A stretch of 64,000 bases of DNA from Candidatus Peribacterales bacterium (lineage in GTDB: Bacteria; Patescibacteriota; Gracilibacteria; Peribacterales; Peribacteraceae), in contig JAGVDM010000003.1 of assembly GCA_020058765.1 (NCBI GenBank), positions 52,019 through 116,018 on the forward strand, in the 5' to 3' direction. Positions within the stretch are counted from its first letter, which is position 1. The number at the start of each line of letters is the position of its first letter. Shown here piece by piece: positions 54,398 to 63,984 of the stretch. Made by a program: the position numbers and the translations under genes. The notes beneath the pieces are model-generated. The model searched no databases, was not told the DNA's origin, and saw only the letters and a list, made by a program, of their open reading frames with translations.

Positions 54398-56767
54398 ATG
54401 ACACCAAACACACAGCAAAAACCGGCACAGTACCCCATTCTACTTGCAGCTATTGATGACTTGCTCGGTCTGCATACGCAGGCCACGCGCGTGCTCAAGG
54501 GTGCTACAGATGGTGATTCTCTGACAGCAGATGAAAAGGACATTCTGCGGCTCTATGAAGAAGGCTTGCAGAAAACTCTGGATCTGATCGCTCCTGCAGG
54601 CATGCAGGTGCTCAATGACGAGCTCATTATCAATGAGCGCCATTCGCGCACACTCTACGTGCACAACTGGCCAAACTACCTGTACCCGAACTGGCTCTCG
54701 TCGGTGATCAACTTCGATGCAGAGATGGACATCTCGCATTACATCTACCCATCGAGCAACAAGATCATCATGAAGATGCTGCGCAAGAAGGTAACAGAAA
54801 TGCGCGCATCGATCCGTATGTTGGAACAGCGCGGCATCGTTCGCGACCCGGTGCTGGAAGCAGCACTGCAGGACGCAGAAGAACTGCGTGACCTGCTCGC
54901 TCGCGGCCGCGAGAAGCTGTTCCAGTTCGGTATGTACATCACGCTCTACGAGCAAGATCCTAAAGCACTCAAAAAGCTGCAGACGGATATAGAATCGCTC
55001 CTGGGCGGACGATTGGTGCTCACAAAGCCAGCACACTTCCAAATGGAACATGCTTGGGTGAGCACATTACCGTTTTGTTTGGATGAGCTGGAAATCACAC
55101 GCAACATGAACACCTCGCCGCTTGCGACGAGCTTCCCCTTCTCTAGCTCCGACCTTACATCTGATCACGGCATTCTGTACGGCATCAACCGTCACAACGA
55201 TAGCTTGGTGATCTTTGATCGCTTCGATCTGGCCAATGCCAACGCCACGGTGTTCGCTACTTCCGGTGCGGGTAAATCGTTTACCGTGAAACTCGAAATT
55301 CTGCGCTCGATGATGTTCGGCACGGAAGTGTTCGTCATCGACCCAGAAAACGAATACGTCGAACTAGCCGAAGCAGTGGGCGGCACACATATTCCCATTT
55401 CGCTACAGAGCTCGCACCGCATCAATCCATTCGATCTGCCACATGCAGTGCGCGGAGAAGATGCTCAACCTGGTGAGATTCTGCGATCCGCAGTCATCAA
55501 CCTCCACGGCCTCTTTAAGCTCATGCTTGGTACGCTCACCCCAGCGGAGGACGGTGTGCTCGACAAGGCAATCCTCGATACATACGCCTTGAAGAAGATC
55601 AAAATGGACACGCCGAACCCGCACGATTTTGAGCCGCCAACCATGCACGAGCTCGTAGATGTGCTCACCACAACAGATGGCGGCGAACACATGGCGCAAA
55701 CACTCAAGAAGTACACCGAAGGAAGCTACTCTGGGGTCTTCGATCGCCAGACAAATATTGAGCTCAACAAGCAGATGGTGGTGTTCCAGATCCGCGACCT
55801 AGAAGAACAGCTCCGTCCGATCGCCATGTACGTGGTGCTCAACTTTCTCTGGAACCGCATCCGTGCAGACTTCAAGCGCCGCATTATGATCATCGACGAG
55901 GCGTGGAACCTCATGCAGCACGAGGACTCCGCACGCTTCCTCTATGGTCTCATTAAACGCGCACGTAAGTACTTCCTTGGTATTACTACCATCACGCAGG
56001 ACGTGGAAGACTTCGTGAATTCCCCGTACGGTAAACCGATTATTACCAACGCCGCATTCCAGATTCTGCTCAAGCAATCTGCATCGGCAGTGGATAACCT
56101 ACAGAAGCTCTTCTACCTCACCGACGGTGAGAAGTATCTGCTGCTCAACTCCGATGTAGGACAAGGGTTGTTCTTCGCAGGCAACAAGCACGTGGCGATC
56201 CAGATTGTAGCGAGCCCACAGGAAGAAAAGCTGATTACAACGAAGCCAGATGAAGTGCTCAAGAAGCAGAAAGAGAAAGAGGAGCAGAAGCGCATCGCAG
56301 AAATCGATGCTGCTGCTGCAAAAGCAGGGAAGGGTGAGGAATCCAATGAAAAAAAGAAGTCCGTTGCCCCCACCAAGACAGCAGCAAAGCCTTCGACAAA
56401 GAAAGACGAGGATCGCCCACCAAATGCACGCGTGATGGAAGTGGTAAAAGCAATGCAAGGCGGTGATCACACACCGCATGTGGAACGAAAGATCATGCTT
56501 TCGGAATCAGAAGAGGAAAATGAGCGCATCTTCAATGAGGCTGAGCGCAAGCACGCAGAAGAAGAGAAGCTTGCAGCACAAAAGGCTGCCGAAGCAGAGC
56601 GTGTTACCAAAGAAGCAGCTGCGAAGAAGAATACTGCTCCAAAGCCCGCTGCAAAGGACTCTACAAAGTCCTCCACAAAGGACTCTGCATCGACGAACCC
56701 CTACCTCGCACAACCCAAAAAGCAGCCGCCAAAAGATGAACAAAAGAAAGAGGGTGCAGCGTCTTAG
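54398..56767 (+). CDS. VirB4-like T4SS ATPase with a charged low-complexity C-terminal tail
   Basis: GILYGIN, Walker A ATSGAGKS, IDPENEY, INPFDL, Walker B IIDEAW, RARKY, TQDVED. Confidence 0.9.
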   Translation: MTPNTQQKPAQYPILLAAIDDLLGLHTQATRVLKGATDGDSLTADEKDILRLYEEGLQKTLDLIAPAGMQVLNDELIINERHSRTLYVHNWPNYLYPNWLSSVINFDAEMDISHYIYPSSNKIIMKMLRKKVTEMRASIRMLEQRGIVRDPVLEAALQDAEELRDLLARGREKLFQFGMYITLYEQDPKALKKLQTDIESLLGGRLVLTKPAHFQMEHAWVSTLPFCLDELEITRNMNTSPLATSFPFSSSDLTSDHGILYGINRHNDSLVIFDRFDLANANATVFATSGAGKSFTVKLEILRSMMFGTEVFVIDPENEYVELAEAVGGTHIPISLQSSHRINPFDLPHAVRGEDAQPGEILRSAVINLHGLFKLMLGTLTPAEDGVLDKAILDTYALKKIKMDTPNPHDFEPPTMHELVDVLTTTDGGEHMAQTLKKYTEGSYSGVFDRQTNIELNKQMVVFQIRDLEEQLRPIAMYVVLNFLWNRIRADFKRRIMIIDEAWNLMQHEDSARFLYGLIKRARKYFLGITTITQDVEDFVNSPYGKPIITNAAFQILLKQSASAVDNLQKLFYLTDGEKYLLLNSDVGQGLFFAGNKHVAIQIVASPQEEKLITTKPDEVLKKQKEKEEQKRIAEIDAAAAKAGKGEESNEKKKSVAPTKTAAKPSTKKDEDRPPNARVMEVVKAMQGGDHTPHVERKIMLSESEEENERIFNEAERKHAEEEKLAAQKAAEAERVTKEAAAKKNTAPKPAAKDSTKSSTKDSASTNPYLAQPKKQPPKDEQKKEGAAS

Positions 56768-57765
56768 CGTGCATCTTCGATGAGTGGTGTCTCGGCTACC
56801 TGATCTTCCACCACACGCCAGCGTAGTTCTGGCTGCAGTTTGCCAGAGAGCGCAAACCCAGCAGCTTTACGGTGCCCACCGCCATGGAAACGACTCGCCA
56901 TGGCAGCCACGTCTACATCATCACGCAGCGTACGGAGCGATCCTTTCACTTTGCCATCACGCTCAGAGAGGATGAGGGAGAAGCGCATACCAGGAACAGC
57001 ATTCACATAATCGATTGCCCCGGTGAGCTCGGAATAATCGGCGCCCGTGGCGCGGAAGTCCCCTTCTGTCACTGCGGAAATTGCTGCGCCCTCCTGCGTA
57101 ATGGAAATTTTCTCGAGCACGCGCCCCCACAACTTGAGCGTGCTGACTTTTGCCGTGCGGAACACGGCATTCACAATTGCCTGGCGCCTGGCACCGGCGC
57201 GGAGCAAGCGCGCAACCGTACGATACACGCCAGCTGTAGTGTTGCTATGGAGCAATCCACCCGTGTCGGTATACACGCCCGTGAGTAGACACGTGGCAAT
57301 GTCGCTCGAAATCGGCCACTCGAGACGGTCCGCCAGGTCCACAATGATTTCGCAGGCAGACGCAGCATTGGGCACGATGATGTTCACCGTTCCAAACCGA
57401 GTATTCGTTGGGTGGTGGTCGATGTTCACACTCCTTGTAGTAGGATCAAAAAGCTGCGGATGGCTTTCGTGCATTTCGGTGAGCTTGGGCTCAGCACTAT
57501 CTACGAAAACGACGGCATCCCCTTCCAGAAGCGTTGGTGGCCCTTGCACACGTCCGGAACCCGGGAGAAAGCGGAATACATCGGGCACGGGATCCACGCA
57601 GTGCACCGTCACCCGAGTGTTGGGGTACGCCTGCTCGAGGAGTGCGCCAATACCAAGCAAAGCGCCGATCGCATCGCCGTCTGGATTGCGATGGCAAATG
57701 CACAACAGTCGCTTCGCCGTGGAGAGGAGTTCCTGCGCCGACCGTGCGTCTTCGATCTGCACCAT
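56764..57765 (-). CDS. nrnA: DHH/DHHA1 nanoRNase / pAp phosphatase
   Basis: HRNPDGDAIG, IDHH, TDTG, SLR, GGGHRKAAG. Confidence 0.9.
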   Translation of the reverse strand: MVQIEDARSAQELLSTAKRLLCICHRNPDGDAIGALLGIGALLEQAYPNTRVTVHCVDPVPDVFRFLPGSGRVQGPPTLLEGDAVVFVDSAEPKLTEMHESHPQLFDPTTRSVNIDHHPTNTRFGTVNIIVPNAASACEIIVDLADRLEWPISSDIATCLLTGVYTDTGGLLHSNTTAGVYRTVARLLRAGARRQAIVNAVFRTAKVSTLKLWGRVLEKISITQEGAAISAVTEGDFRATGADYSELTGAIDYVNAVPGMRFSLILSERDGKVKGSLRTLRDDVDVAAMASRFHGGGHRKAAGFALSGKLQPELRWRVVEDQVAETPLIEDAR

Positions 57766-57867
57766 AAGGGAGCGAGGGTAACGCTGACACGCAAAGCCGG
57801 CAATGCGCTGGAGTTGCGCACAATCCAAAGCTGTCGCATGACGAACGAACGCCAAGGAGAATTACCC

Positions 57868-58188
57868 CTACGTAGCCTCGTCGAGCAACTGATCAATGCG
57901 CGACACTTTCTCGGCTACTCGGTCAACACGGAACCGAATGATCGGCGCGCGAAAACGCTGGAGCGCATGGAACAATGTCTTCTGGAACTCATCACGCTTC
58001 TCTTCCAAGTATGCCAAGGCGTCATTGGGCGACTGCAGTGCGCTAATGTACACGGTGGCGTACGAGCAATCTTTGGACACCGCCACCTCGGTAATGGTCA
58101 CAATACCGCAGCTTGGGGGACATTCGCGGAGTGCGGGCGAGATCACTTGCCGCACGGTAGTGCCGATTGTTTCGGGACGCGTCGCCAT
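57868..58188 (-). CDS. rbfA: Ribosome-binding factor A
   Basis: IVTITEVAVSKDCSYATVYIS...P.IRFRVD; adjacent to the DHH gene. Confidence 0.85.
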   Translation of the reverse strand: MATRPETIGTTVRQVISPALRECPPSCGIVTITEVAVSKDCSYATVYISALQSPNDALAYLEEKRDEFQKTLFHALQRFRAPIIRFRVDRVAEKVSRIDQLLDEAT

Positions 58189-58218
58189 GGAGTAGCAGCA
58201 TACTCTATGCTGTAGCCA

Positions 58219-59091
58219 ATGTCCGCACCGAAAACCGTTCTCTTCTGTGGCACGCCCGCCTTCGCCATCCCGGCGTTGCGCGCTGTGCACGCGTGTCCAG
58301 ATCTGCAGATCACCGCCGTCGTGACGCAGCCAGATCGACCGGTGGGACGCACGAAGGAACTCACTGCACCGCCAGTAAAGGATGTAGCACTGGAGCTTGG
58401 TCTCACAGTGCTTCAACCAGAACAGGTAAATACCGAATTGCCTGCCGTGCTCACAGAGCCACCGGATTACCTTGTCACCGTTGCCTACGGGGAACTCATC
58501 AAGGATGCACTACTTACGTTGCCACGCATTTCGCCAATCAATGTGCATCCGTCCCTGCTCCCCCGCTGGCGCGGCGCGTCCCCGCTGCAACACACGATCC
58601 TCGCGGGAGACACAGAAGCAGGCACCACCATCCAGGTAATGGGCGCCGAGCTAGATGCGGGCGACATCCTCGCACAGGAACGCGTTGCTGTGCTGCCACG
58701 GGAAACAACAGCAACGCTCCACGACAAGCTCGCCACACTCTCTGCAACACTCCTTGTGCAGGTACTCACACATCCGCTCTCCCCCACGCCACAATCTGCG
58801 AATGGCATAACCTTCTGCAAAAAGCTCGCGCGTGAGAACGGTATTGTGGATCCGACCACGATGGATGCGGAAACAATTGATCGCACCGTGCGCGCACTCC
58901 ACCCGTGGCCGGGTGTGAGTTGCTCAGTGCAGGGGGAAGAGGTGAAATTGCACGCAACAAGCCTGGAGCCGCAAAGCTCCGCGCTCGCGCTCCCCTGCAG
59001 CAACGGAACAACACTCTACGTGCTGCAGATTCAATCTGCCGGCAAGCGCGTAATGACAGGCGAAGAGTGGCAGCGAGGACGCAGGCAGTGA
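58219..59091 (+). CDS. fmt: Methionyl-tRNA formyltransferase
   Basis: GTPAFA, VVTQPDRPVGR, NVHPSLLPRWRGASP, LDAGD, PWPG. Confidence 0.96.
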   Translation: MSAPKTVLFCGTPAFAIPALRAVHACPDLQITAVVTQPDRPVGRTKELTAPPVKDVALELGLTVLQPEQVNTELPAVLTEPPDYLVTVAYGELIKDALLTLPRISPINVHPSLLPRWRGASPLQHTILAGDTEAGTTIQVMGAELDAGDILAQERVAVLPRETTATLHDKLATLSATLLVQVLTHPLSPTPQSANGITFCKKLARENGIVDPTTMDAETIDRTVRALHPWPGVSCSVQGEEVKLHATSLEPQSSALALPCSNGTTLYVLQIQSAGKRVMTGEEWQRGRRQ

Positions 59092-59122
59092 CCCCGAACG
59101 TGAACTGCGTATACTTGGGGCA

Positions 59123-60421
59123 ATGCGCATTGCATCACTCCTGTTCTCTGCAGCGCTGCTGCTCCATCCATTTGCCGCACTGGCGGCACTGGATAGCGAC
59201 GGCGACGGCTTGGAAGACACGGAGGAAATCACACGTGGCACCGACCCACAGAACGCCGATACCGACGGCGGCGGTGAGGCCGACGGTGCGGAAATTGCCA
59301 ATGGACGCGATCCGAACGTGCAGGAGGATGACCTCACATTCGACCGCGATAACGACACGCTCACCAATGGCGAGGAAGAGGCAATGGGCACCGACCCGTC
59401 CTCTGCCGATACAGATGAAGACGGAACGAACGACGCAGACGATCGCTATCCACTCGATCGGGAATACAGCCGCGATGAGGACGAAGACGGCATGCCCGAC
59501 GAATACGAAGAAAAGTATAACTTCTCCCCTACGCTCCGCGCAGATGCAGAAGAGGATACCGATGGAGATGGCCTCAAGAATATCGACGAGTTCATCTACG
59601 GCACAGACCCTATGAATACCGACACCGATAATGACGGCGTCATTGATGGCGAAGAAGTAGAAAAAGGCACAGAACCACTCGAGAATCCCTGCTTGGAATT
59701 CGGTTCACCCAAGCAACCGTTTGCAGATGTATCGAAGCACTGGGCGGAGGGATATGCCGTGCGACTGCAACGCGTGAAAGTGCAACCAACAGGCGCACGT
59801 TTGGCTGATGGATACGCCGAAGGCGATGTGCGGCTTTTTGCACCAGACCGAGCGATCTCACGGTTCGAATTACTGAAGCTCGCGCTCTTGAGTAGCTGCA
59901 TAACAGTGGAGGATACGCAGGAACCTGCAACAGTCTTCACCGATGTACCACTCGCTGTTCGCCCTCGCGAACCAGCAGATCGTGCTGAGCGACGCCGCAT
60001 TATTTACAGCGCAATGCGTGAAGGCATTGTGCAAGGCTACGAAGATGGTACGTTTCGACCCGATGCTCCAGTGAACCGTGCCGAGGCTGTGAAGATCTTG
60101 CTCGCTGCAGCACGGCTCAAACCCTTAAGTGACTACGATATTCCCGCACCACAATTTAGCGACGTACCAGTGGATGCGTGGTTTCGCGAATCAATCGAGC
60201 TCGCAGTGGGATACGACCTGCTTACTGGCTACCCAGATGGCACATTCCGACCGGAGCAGTCGATCACCCGCGCTGAGGCGGGGAAGCTCGTGTACTTGCT
60301 CATGCTTATCAACCCGCATGTGAACGGCTATGTGCTCCCGGCGGATGGCCTCGGGCTCACAGACACAGCAGAGGAAGACATGAAACACCTTGAACCCACT
60401 ACAGAAGATTCTGCCGAATAA
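59123..60421 (+). CDS. Secreted SLH-domain protein with DxDxDG Ca-binding repeats
   Basis: Signal peptide; repeated DTDGDGL.D.EE...GTDP; GYEDGTFRPD..VNRAE and GYPDGTFRPE..ITRAE. Confidence 0.9.
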   Translation: MRIASLLFSAALLLHPFAALAALDSDGDGLEDTEEITRGTDPQNADTDGGGEADGAEIANGRDPNVQEDDLTFDRDNDTLTNGEEEAMGTDPSSADTDEDGTNDADDRYPLDREYSRDEDEDGMPDEYEEKYNFSPTLRADAEEDTDGDGLKNIDEFIYGTDPMNTDTDNDGVIDGEEVEKGTEPLENPCLEFGSPKQPFADVSKHWAEGYAVRLQRVKVQPTGARLADGYAEGDVRLFAPDRAISRFELLKLALLSSCITVEDTQEPATVFTDVPLAVRPREPADRAERRRIIYSAMREGIVQGYEDGTFRPDAPVNRAEAVKILLAAARLKPLSDYDIPAPQFSDVPVDAWFRESIELAVGYDLLTGYPDGTFRPEQSITRAEAGKLVYLLMLINPHVNGYVLPADGLGLTDTAEEDMKHLEPTTEDSAE

Positions 60422-60435
60422 ATCAGGCAGCGCAA

Positions 60436-60454
60436 AGCCGGGCATAGCCCGGCT
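60436..60454. terminator. Hairpin between convergent genes
   Basis: AGCCGGGC-ATA-GCCCGGCT, no U-tract. Confidence 0.4.
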
Positions 60455-60479
60455 GGAGCGCTTCCACCGTAGAGAAATA

Positions 60480-60809
60480 TTAGACGTGGCTCTGCATTTC
60501 CTGGAAGGCCTGGATGAATTTTTCCAGATCTTCGGAGTCGAACATAATCGTCGTCTTCTGGCCACCGCGAGACTTCTCGCTCACCTTGAAGAACTTGCCG
60601 TTCCCGGACTGCTTTAAGTCGATGTAGAACGTGCGCTGGCGCCCGTGGATAGTGATGCTGTGCACTTCGTCAGCAAAACGGCGATCGCCACCTCCGCCAC
60701 CTGCTGGTGGGCGAGGTGCCTGACTGCGCTGCTGTGGCGCTTCGCCAGAAGAATGCTGGTCGCCCTCATCGGACGGCATGCCTGTGAGCTCTGCCATTGG
60801 ATCAAACAT
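60480..60809 (-). CDS. PUR-domain (DUF3276/BpuR-like) nucleic-acid-binding protein
   Basis: S..I.G.QRTFYIDLK....GKFFKVSE......TIMF..EDLEKF matches one PUR repeat. Confidence 0.8.
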   Translation of the reverse strand: MFDPMAELTGMPSDEGDQHSSGEAPQQRSQAPRPPAGGGGGDRRFADEVHSITIHGRQRTFYIDLKQSGNGKFFKVSEKSRGGQKTTIMFDSEDLEKFIQAFQEMQSHV

Positions 60810-60911
60810 AGAAAGATTGGGTAGGAAAGTAATCAACGCTCCCTTCGCCGGTCGTCCTCGCACATGCGTGCTGAAAATGGCTGTTACTGAGAGCGCTATA
60901 AGACTACTCCG

Positions 60912-62474
60912 TCACGCCTTTGGTGCAACCGAGTCCTCGATTTTCGGGAACAGGATTGCGGGCTCACCCACGGTTTTCCAATCCTTCTGACTGCCCCACT
61001 GCTTCATGTCGTCAGTAATCACAAAATCGTGATCAAGCATCTTGGCGGCATATGACACACCGAGCTGCGTACTGATTTTCTGCGCAGTTTCCGGCATGAA
61101 TGGCAGCAGCATGAGAGCTATGTGACGCAGACATTCCGCAAAGTTCCCGAGCGTCTGGATGCGTTTTTCTACATCGTCTTTTATTGTCCAAGGAGCGCGA
61201 TCATTAAATGCACCATTCAAGATTGATACTGCTTCGGTCAGGCTTTGCATCGCTGCATGTAACTCGAAAGTATCCATTTGTTGAGCAAAGTCATCCCACA
61301 GCTTCTTTGTCTGCGATACAGACTCCTCATCGGTCGGAATCTGTACAACACCACCATCTTTCCGCAATAATACGAGTGCACGATTCAACATATTCCCAAG
61401 TTGGTTTCTCAACTTGGCATCGTACATTTCCTCGAGCCGCTTCCAGCTAAAATCCCCATCTCGCCCAACCGGAACTTCGTGGCTCAGGTAGAACCGCAGT
61501 GCATCCACGCCGTATTTGTCGATCACATCTTGAGGCACCACCACGTTGCCGAGGCTTTTGCTCATCTTCTCGCCTTCGCTGGTAAGGAACCCGTGTACGA
61601 GCAAGCGATCCGGAATGCGTACACCTGCTGCTTTGAGCATGCTCGGCCAAATGAGCGCATGGAAACGCGTGATGTCCTTGCCAATCACATGTGTGACTAC
61701 TGCATCGTCCCACCATTCACGCTCTTCGTTCTTCGTAAAATAGCCGAGGCCAGAAATGTAATTGGTGAGTGCATCGCACCACACGTACATCACATGATCT
61801 TCGTCACCTGGCACATCAATGCCCCATGCGAGGCTTGTCTTTGGGCGCGAGAATGACACATCTTCGAGCCCCTGATCCAAGAGCGACAGTGTTTCGTTCG
61901 CACGGAAATCGGGCACGATGCGGTACTCTTCCTTGCCCCAATCTTTCGTGAGCAAACTCCGGAGATTTTCGGTGTCTTTGGAGAGCAGGAAGAACCAGTT
62001 TTCCTCAGTCACTTCATCCGGAATGGTGTGGTGCACTGGACACTTGCCGTCTTCTAGATCTTTCTTGGGCATAAAGCGCTCGCAGCCGGCGCAATAGAGC
62101 CCTGTGTAGCTGCGCTTCTCGAGCATGCCGGCATCTTTGAGCTTGTTCCACAGCGCCTGCACCGTTGCCTTGTGGCCGCTGTCCGCAGACGTGCGGATGA
62201 ATTTGTCGTAGGAAATACCCAACCGTGTATAGAGATCCTGAAACAACACAACGTTGCGATCCACGAGTGCACGCGGGGTAACCCCCTCTTCCTCGGCTTT
62301 GCGCTGGATCTTGATGCCGTGCTCGTCGGTACCAATCTGGAAACGCACCTCATCTCCACGTAAACGGAACCAACGTGCACACACGTCGGCGAGCACCTTC
62401 TCCAGCACGTGCCCCATGTGCGGAGCAGCGTTGGGGTAGTCGATCGCGGTGGTGATGTACTGGCGCTTGCCCAT
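60912..62474 (-). CDS. metG: Methionine--tRNA ligase (short form)
   Basis: YITTAIDYPNAAPHMGH, GTDEHG, YVWCDAL.NY, KMSKS. Confidence 0.97.
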   Translation of the reverse strand: MGKRQYITTAIDYPNAAPHMGHVLEKVLADVCARWFRLRGDEVRFQIGTDEHGIKIQRKAEEEGVTPRALVDRNVVLFQDLYTRLGISYDKFIRTSADSGHKATVQALWNKLKDAGMLEKRSYTGLYCAGCERFMPKKDLEDGKCPVHHTIPDEVTEENWFFLLSKDTENLRSLLTKDWGKEEYRIVPDFRANETLSLLDQGLEDVSFSRPKTSLAWGIDVPGDEDHVMYVWCDALTNYISGLGYFTKNEEREWWDDAVVTHVIGKDITRFHALIWPSMLKAAGVRIPDRLLVHGFLTSEGEKMSKSLGNVVVPQDVIDKYGVDALRFYLSHEVPVGRDGDFSWKRLEEMYDAKLRNQLGNMLNRALVLLRKDGGVVQIPTDEESVSQTKKLWDDFAQQMDTFELHAAMQSLTEAVSILNGAFNDRAPWTIKDDVEKRIQTLGNFAECLRHIALMLLPFMPETAQKISTQLGVSYAAKMLDHDFVITDDMKQWGSQKDWKTVGEPAILFPKIEDSVAPKA

Positions 62475-62530
62475 GCGTAAGACAGCCTAGCGACGTTGCG
62501 CCAGACCGTGAAGCGGAAACACGAAGCTGA

Positions 62531-62881
62531 TTACGCCGTCGCATCTGCCACGAACTGCTCCACGAACATCACGAATCCCTCGCCGAGAATGGCAAGAGCA
62601 ACACCAACCGCCGCAGCGATCATAATGTTCTTTCCTTCGTTCCGTCCTTCGTCGCTCCCCCCGGAAGTCACCATTTTGAACGCACCCCATAGGAAGAACA
62701 CCACCGCAGCACCGCCGATGACTTCGGAAACGATATCGATCACGCGCACAGCAAACTGAATAAGGAATGCACTCCCCGCTCCGCAACCTGGGTGCAATGT
62801 CTCGCAGTATTGCTGGTAAATAAAATCTTCTGCCTGCGCAGACGGGATGAGTGAAGCCAATAATGAAAGTAGTGTGAACAT
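62531..62881 (-). CDS. VirB2-like pilin
   Basis: Cys pair, then TM-GAFKMVTSGGSDEGRNEGKNIMIAAAVG. Confidence 0.75.
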   Translation of the reverse strand: MFTLLSLLASLIPSAQAEDFIYQQYCETLHPGCGAGSAFLIQFAVRVIDIVSEVIGGAAVVFFLWGAFKMVTSGGSDEGRNEGKNIMIAAAVGVALAILGEGFVMFVEQFVADATA

Positions 62882-63459
62882 TAGAAATTCAAATTTACAA
62901 CAGCTCCTACAATCGGACGCGACATGTTGATGAGGATACCTCCAATAATTGCCCAGAGCAGCATGGTACGAGCTTTGTCCGTTTCTTCACTCTTGCCGCG
63001 ACCGAGTACAAGGCGCAACCCTGCGACCATCGCCACAATGGTGAAGGTGATATTGAACATCACGAGCATGAAGTCCACTGCAATAGTCGCAATCGCGAGG
63101 AATGGATTGCCACCACCCGAAGCTGCATTCGCACGCCCCACAGTAAAGGAAATGATCGTCTGTGAGAGCAGCGCTAGAGCAAAACCGCCGAGCGCATACA
63201 AAATCGAATTGCGTCCTTGGCTGATCTTGGATTCATCACCGCCGCTAATGAGCATTTGCGCGCCTCCCCACACCACAAATACGACAGCTGCTGCCGCGAC
63301 AACAGCTACAAGAAGGTCTGCCACACTCCCCAGGATTGCCGGTGCGTTGTTCTCCGCCGAGCACCCACCTACGAGCGTACAGGCAAGACTTGCCCCACCT
63401 GCCGCAAACGTTGGCGTTGCGTGCAGGAGTCCCCCGAGGATGAGGAAGAGTACAAACAT
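62881..63459 (-). CDS. Double (tandem-domain) VirB2-like pilin
   Basis: GGAQMLISGGDESKISQGRNSILYALGG and AGLRLVLGRGKSEETDKARTMLLWAIIG. Confidence 0.75.
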   Translation of the reverse strand: MFVLFLILGGLLHATPTFAAGGASLACTLVGGCSAENNAPAILGSVADLLVAVVAAAAVVFVVWGGAQMLISGGDESKISQGRNSILYALGGFALALLSQTIISFTVGRANAASGGGNPFLAIATIAVDFMLVMFNITFTIVAMVAGLRLVLGRGKSEETDKARTMLLWAIIGGILINMSRPIVGAVVNLNF

Positions 63460-63461
63460 GA

Positions 63462-63860
63462 TTAGTCAAAGAAGAGATCGTTCAGAATTCGTAGAATTGT
63501 TCCAGTAAATGACAGAACGACAATGCCGAGAATGGCACCGATCATCTTCGCCTTTCCAGTGGCGCGTTTATCGGCCTGATCGCTCGAAATCATGATCAAG
63601 AAGCCGCCGTAGAGCATCCAGAGAATACAAATACCCACGGCAACGCTGTAGAGCCACGGGAGCGTGGAGTTGAAGTAGTTGAACCACGTGGTCAGCCCAG
63701 GTCCAATGGTAATTTCATTCGGGCCGCTGATCGGTTCCAAAAGTGGCACCTTTCCGCGCACCATTGCATCGTCAGCAAATGCGCTCGGTGGCAGTGTCCC
63801 CGCCATTGCAGCAAGCCTGAAGGCCACGGAACGGATGTGCTTCCAAAAAGAAATCATCAA
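63462..63860 (-). CDS. VirB2-like pilin
   Basis: PLLEPI...GGFLIMISSDQADKRATGKAKMIGAILG. Start uncertain. Confidence 0.7.
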   Translation of the reverse strand: MMISFWKHIRSVAFRLAAMAGTLPPSAFADDAMVRGKVPLLEPISGPNEITIGPGLTTWFNYFNSTLPWLYSVAVGICILWMLYGGFLIMISSDQADKRATGKAKMIGAILGIVVLSFTGTILRILNDLFFD

Positions 63861-63984
63861 AATATTGTACCATAAACACCCCGCAAATACGAGGCCAAAA
63901 CAACGCTCTACAAGCCGATATAGCCAAGAAAGAGGCTTCGTGCTTGCATCCGCGAGGCAGTCTCCGTAGCATCTGGCTCTGCGC

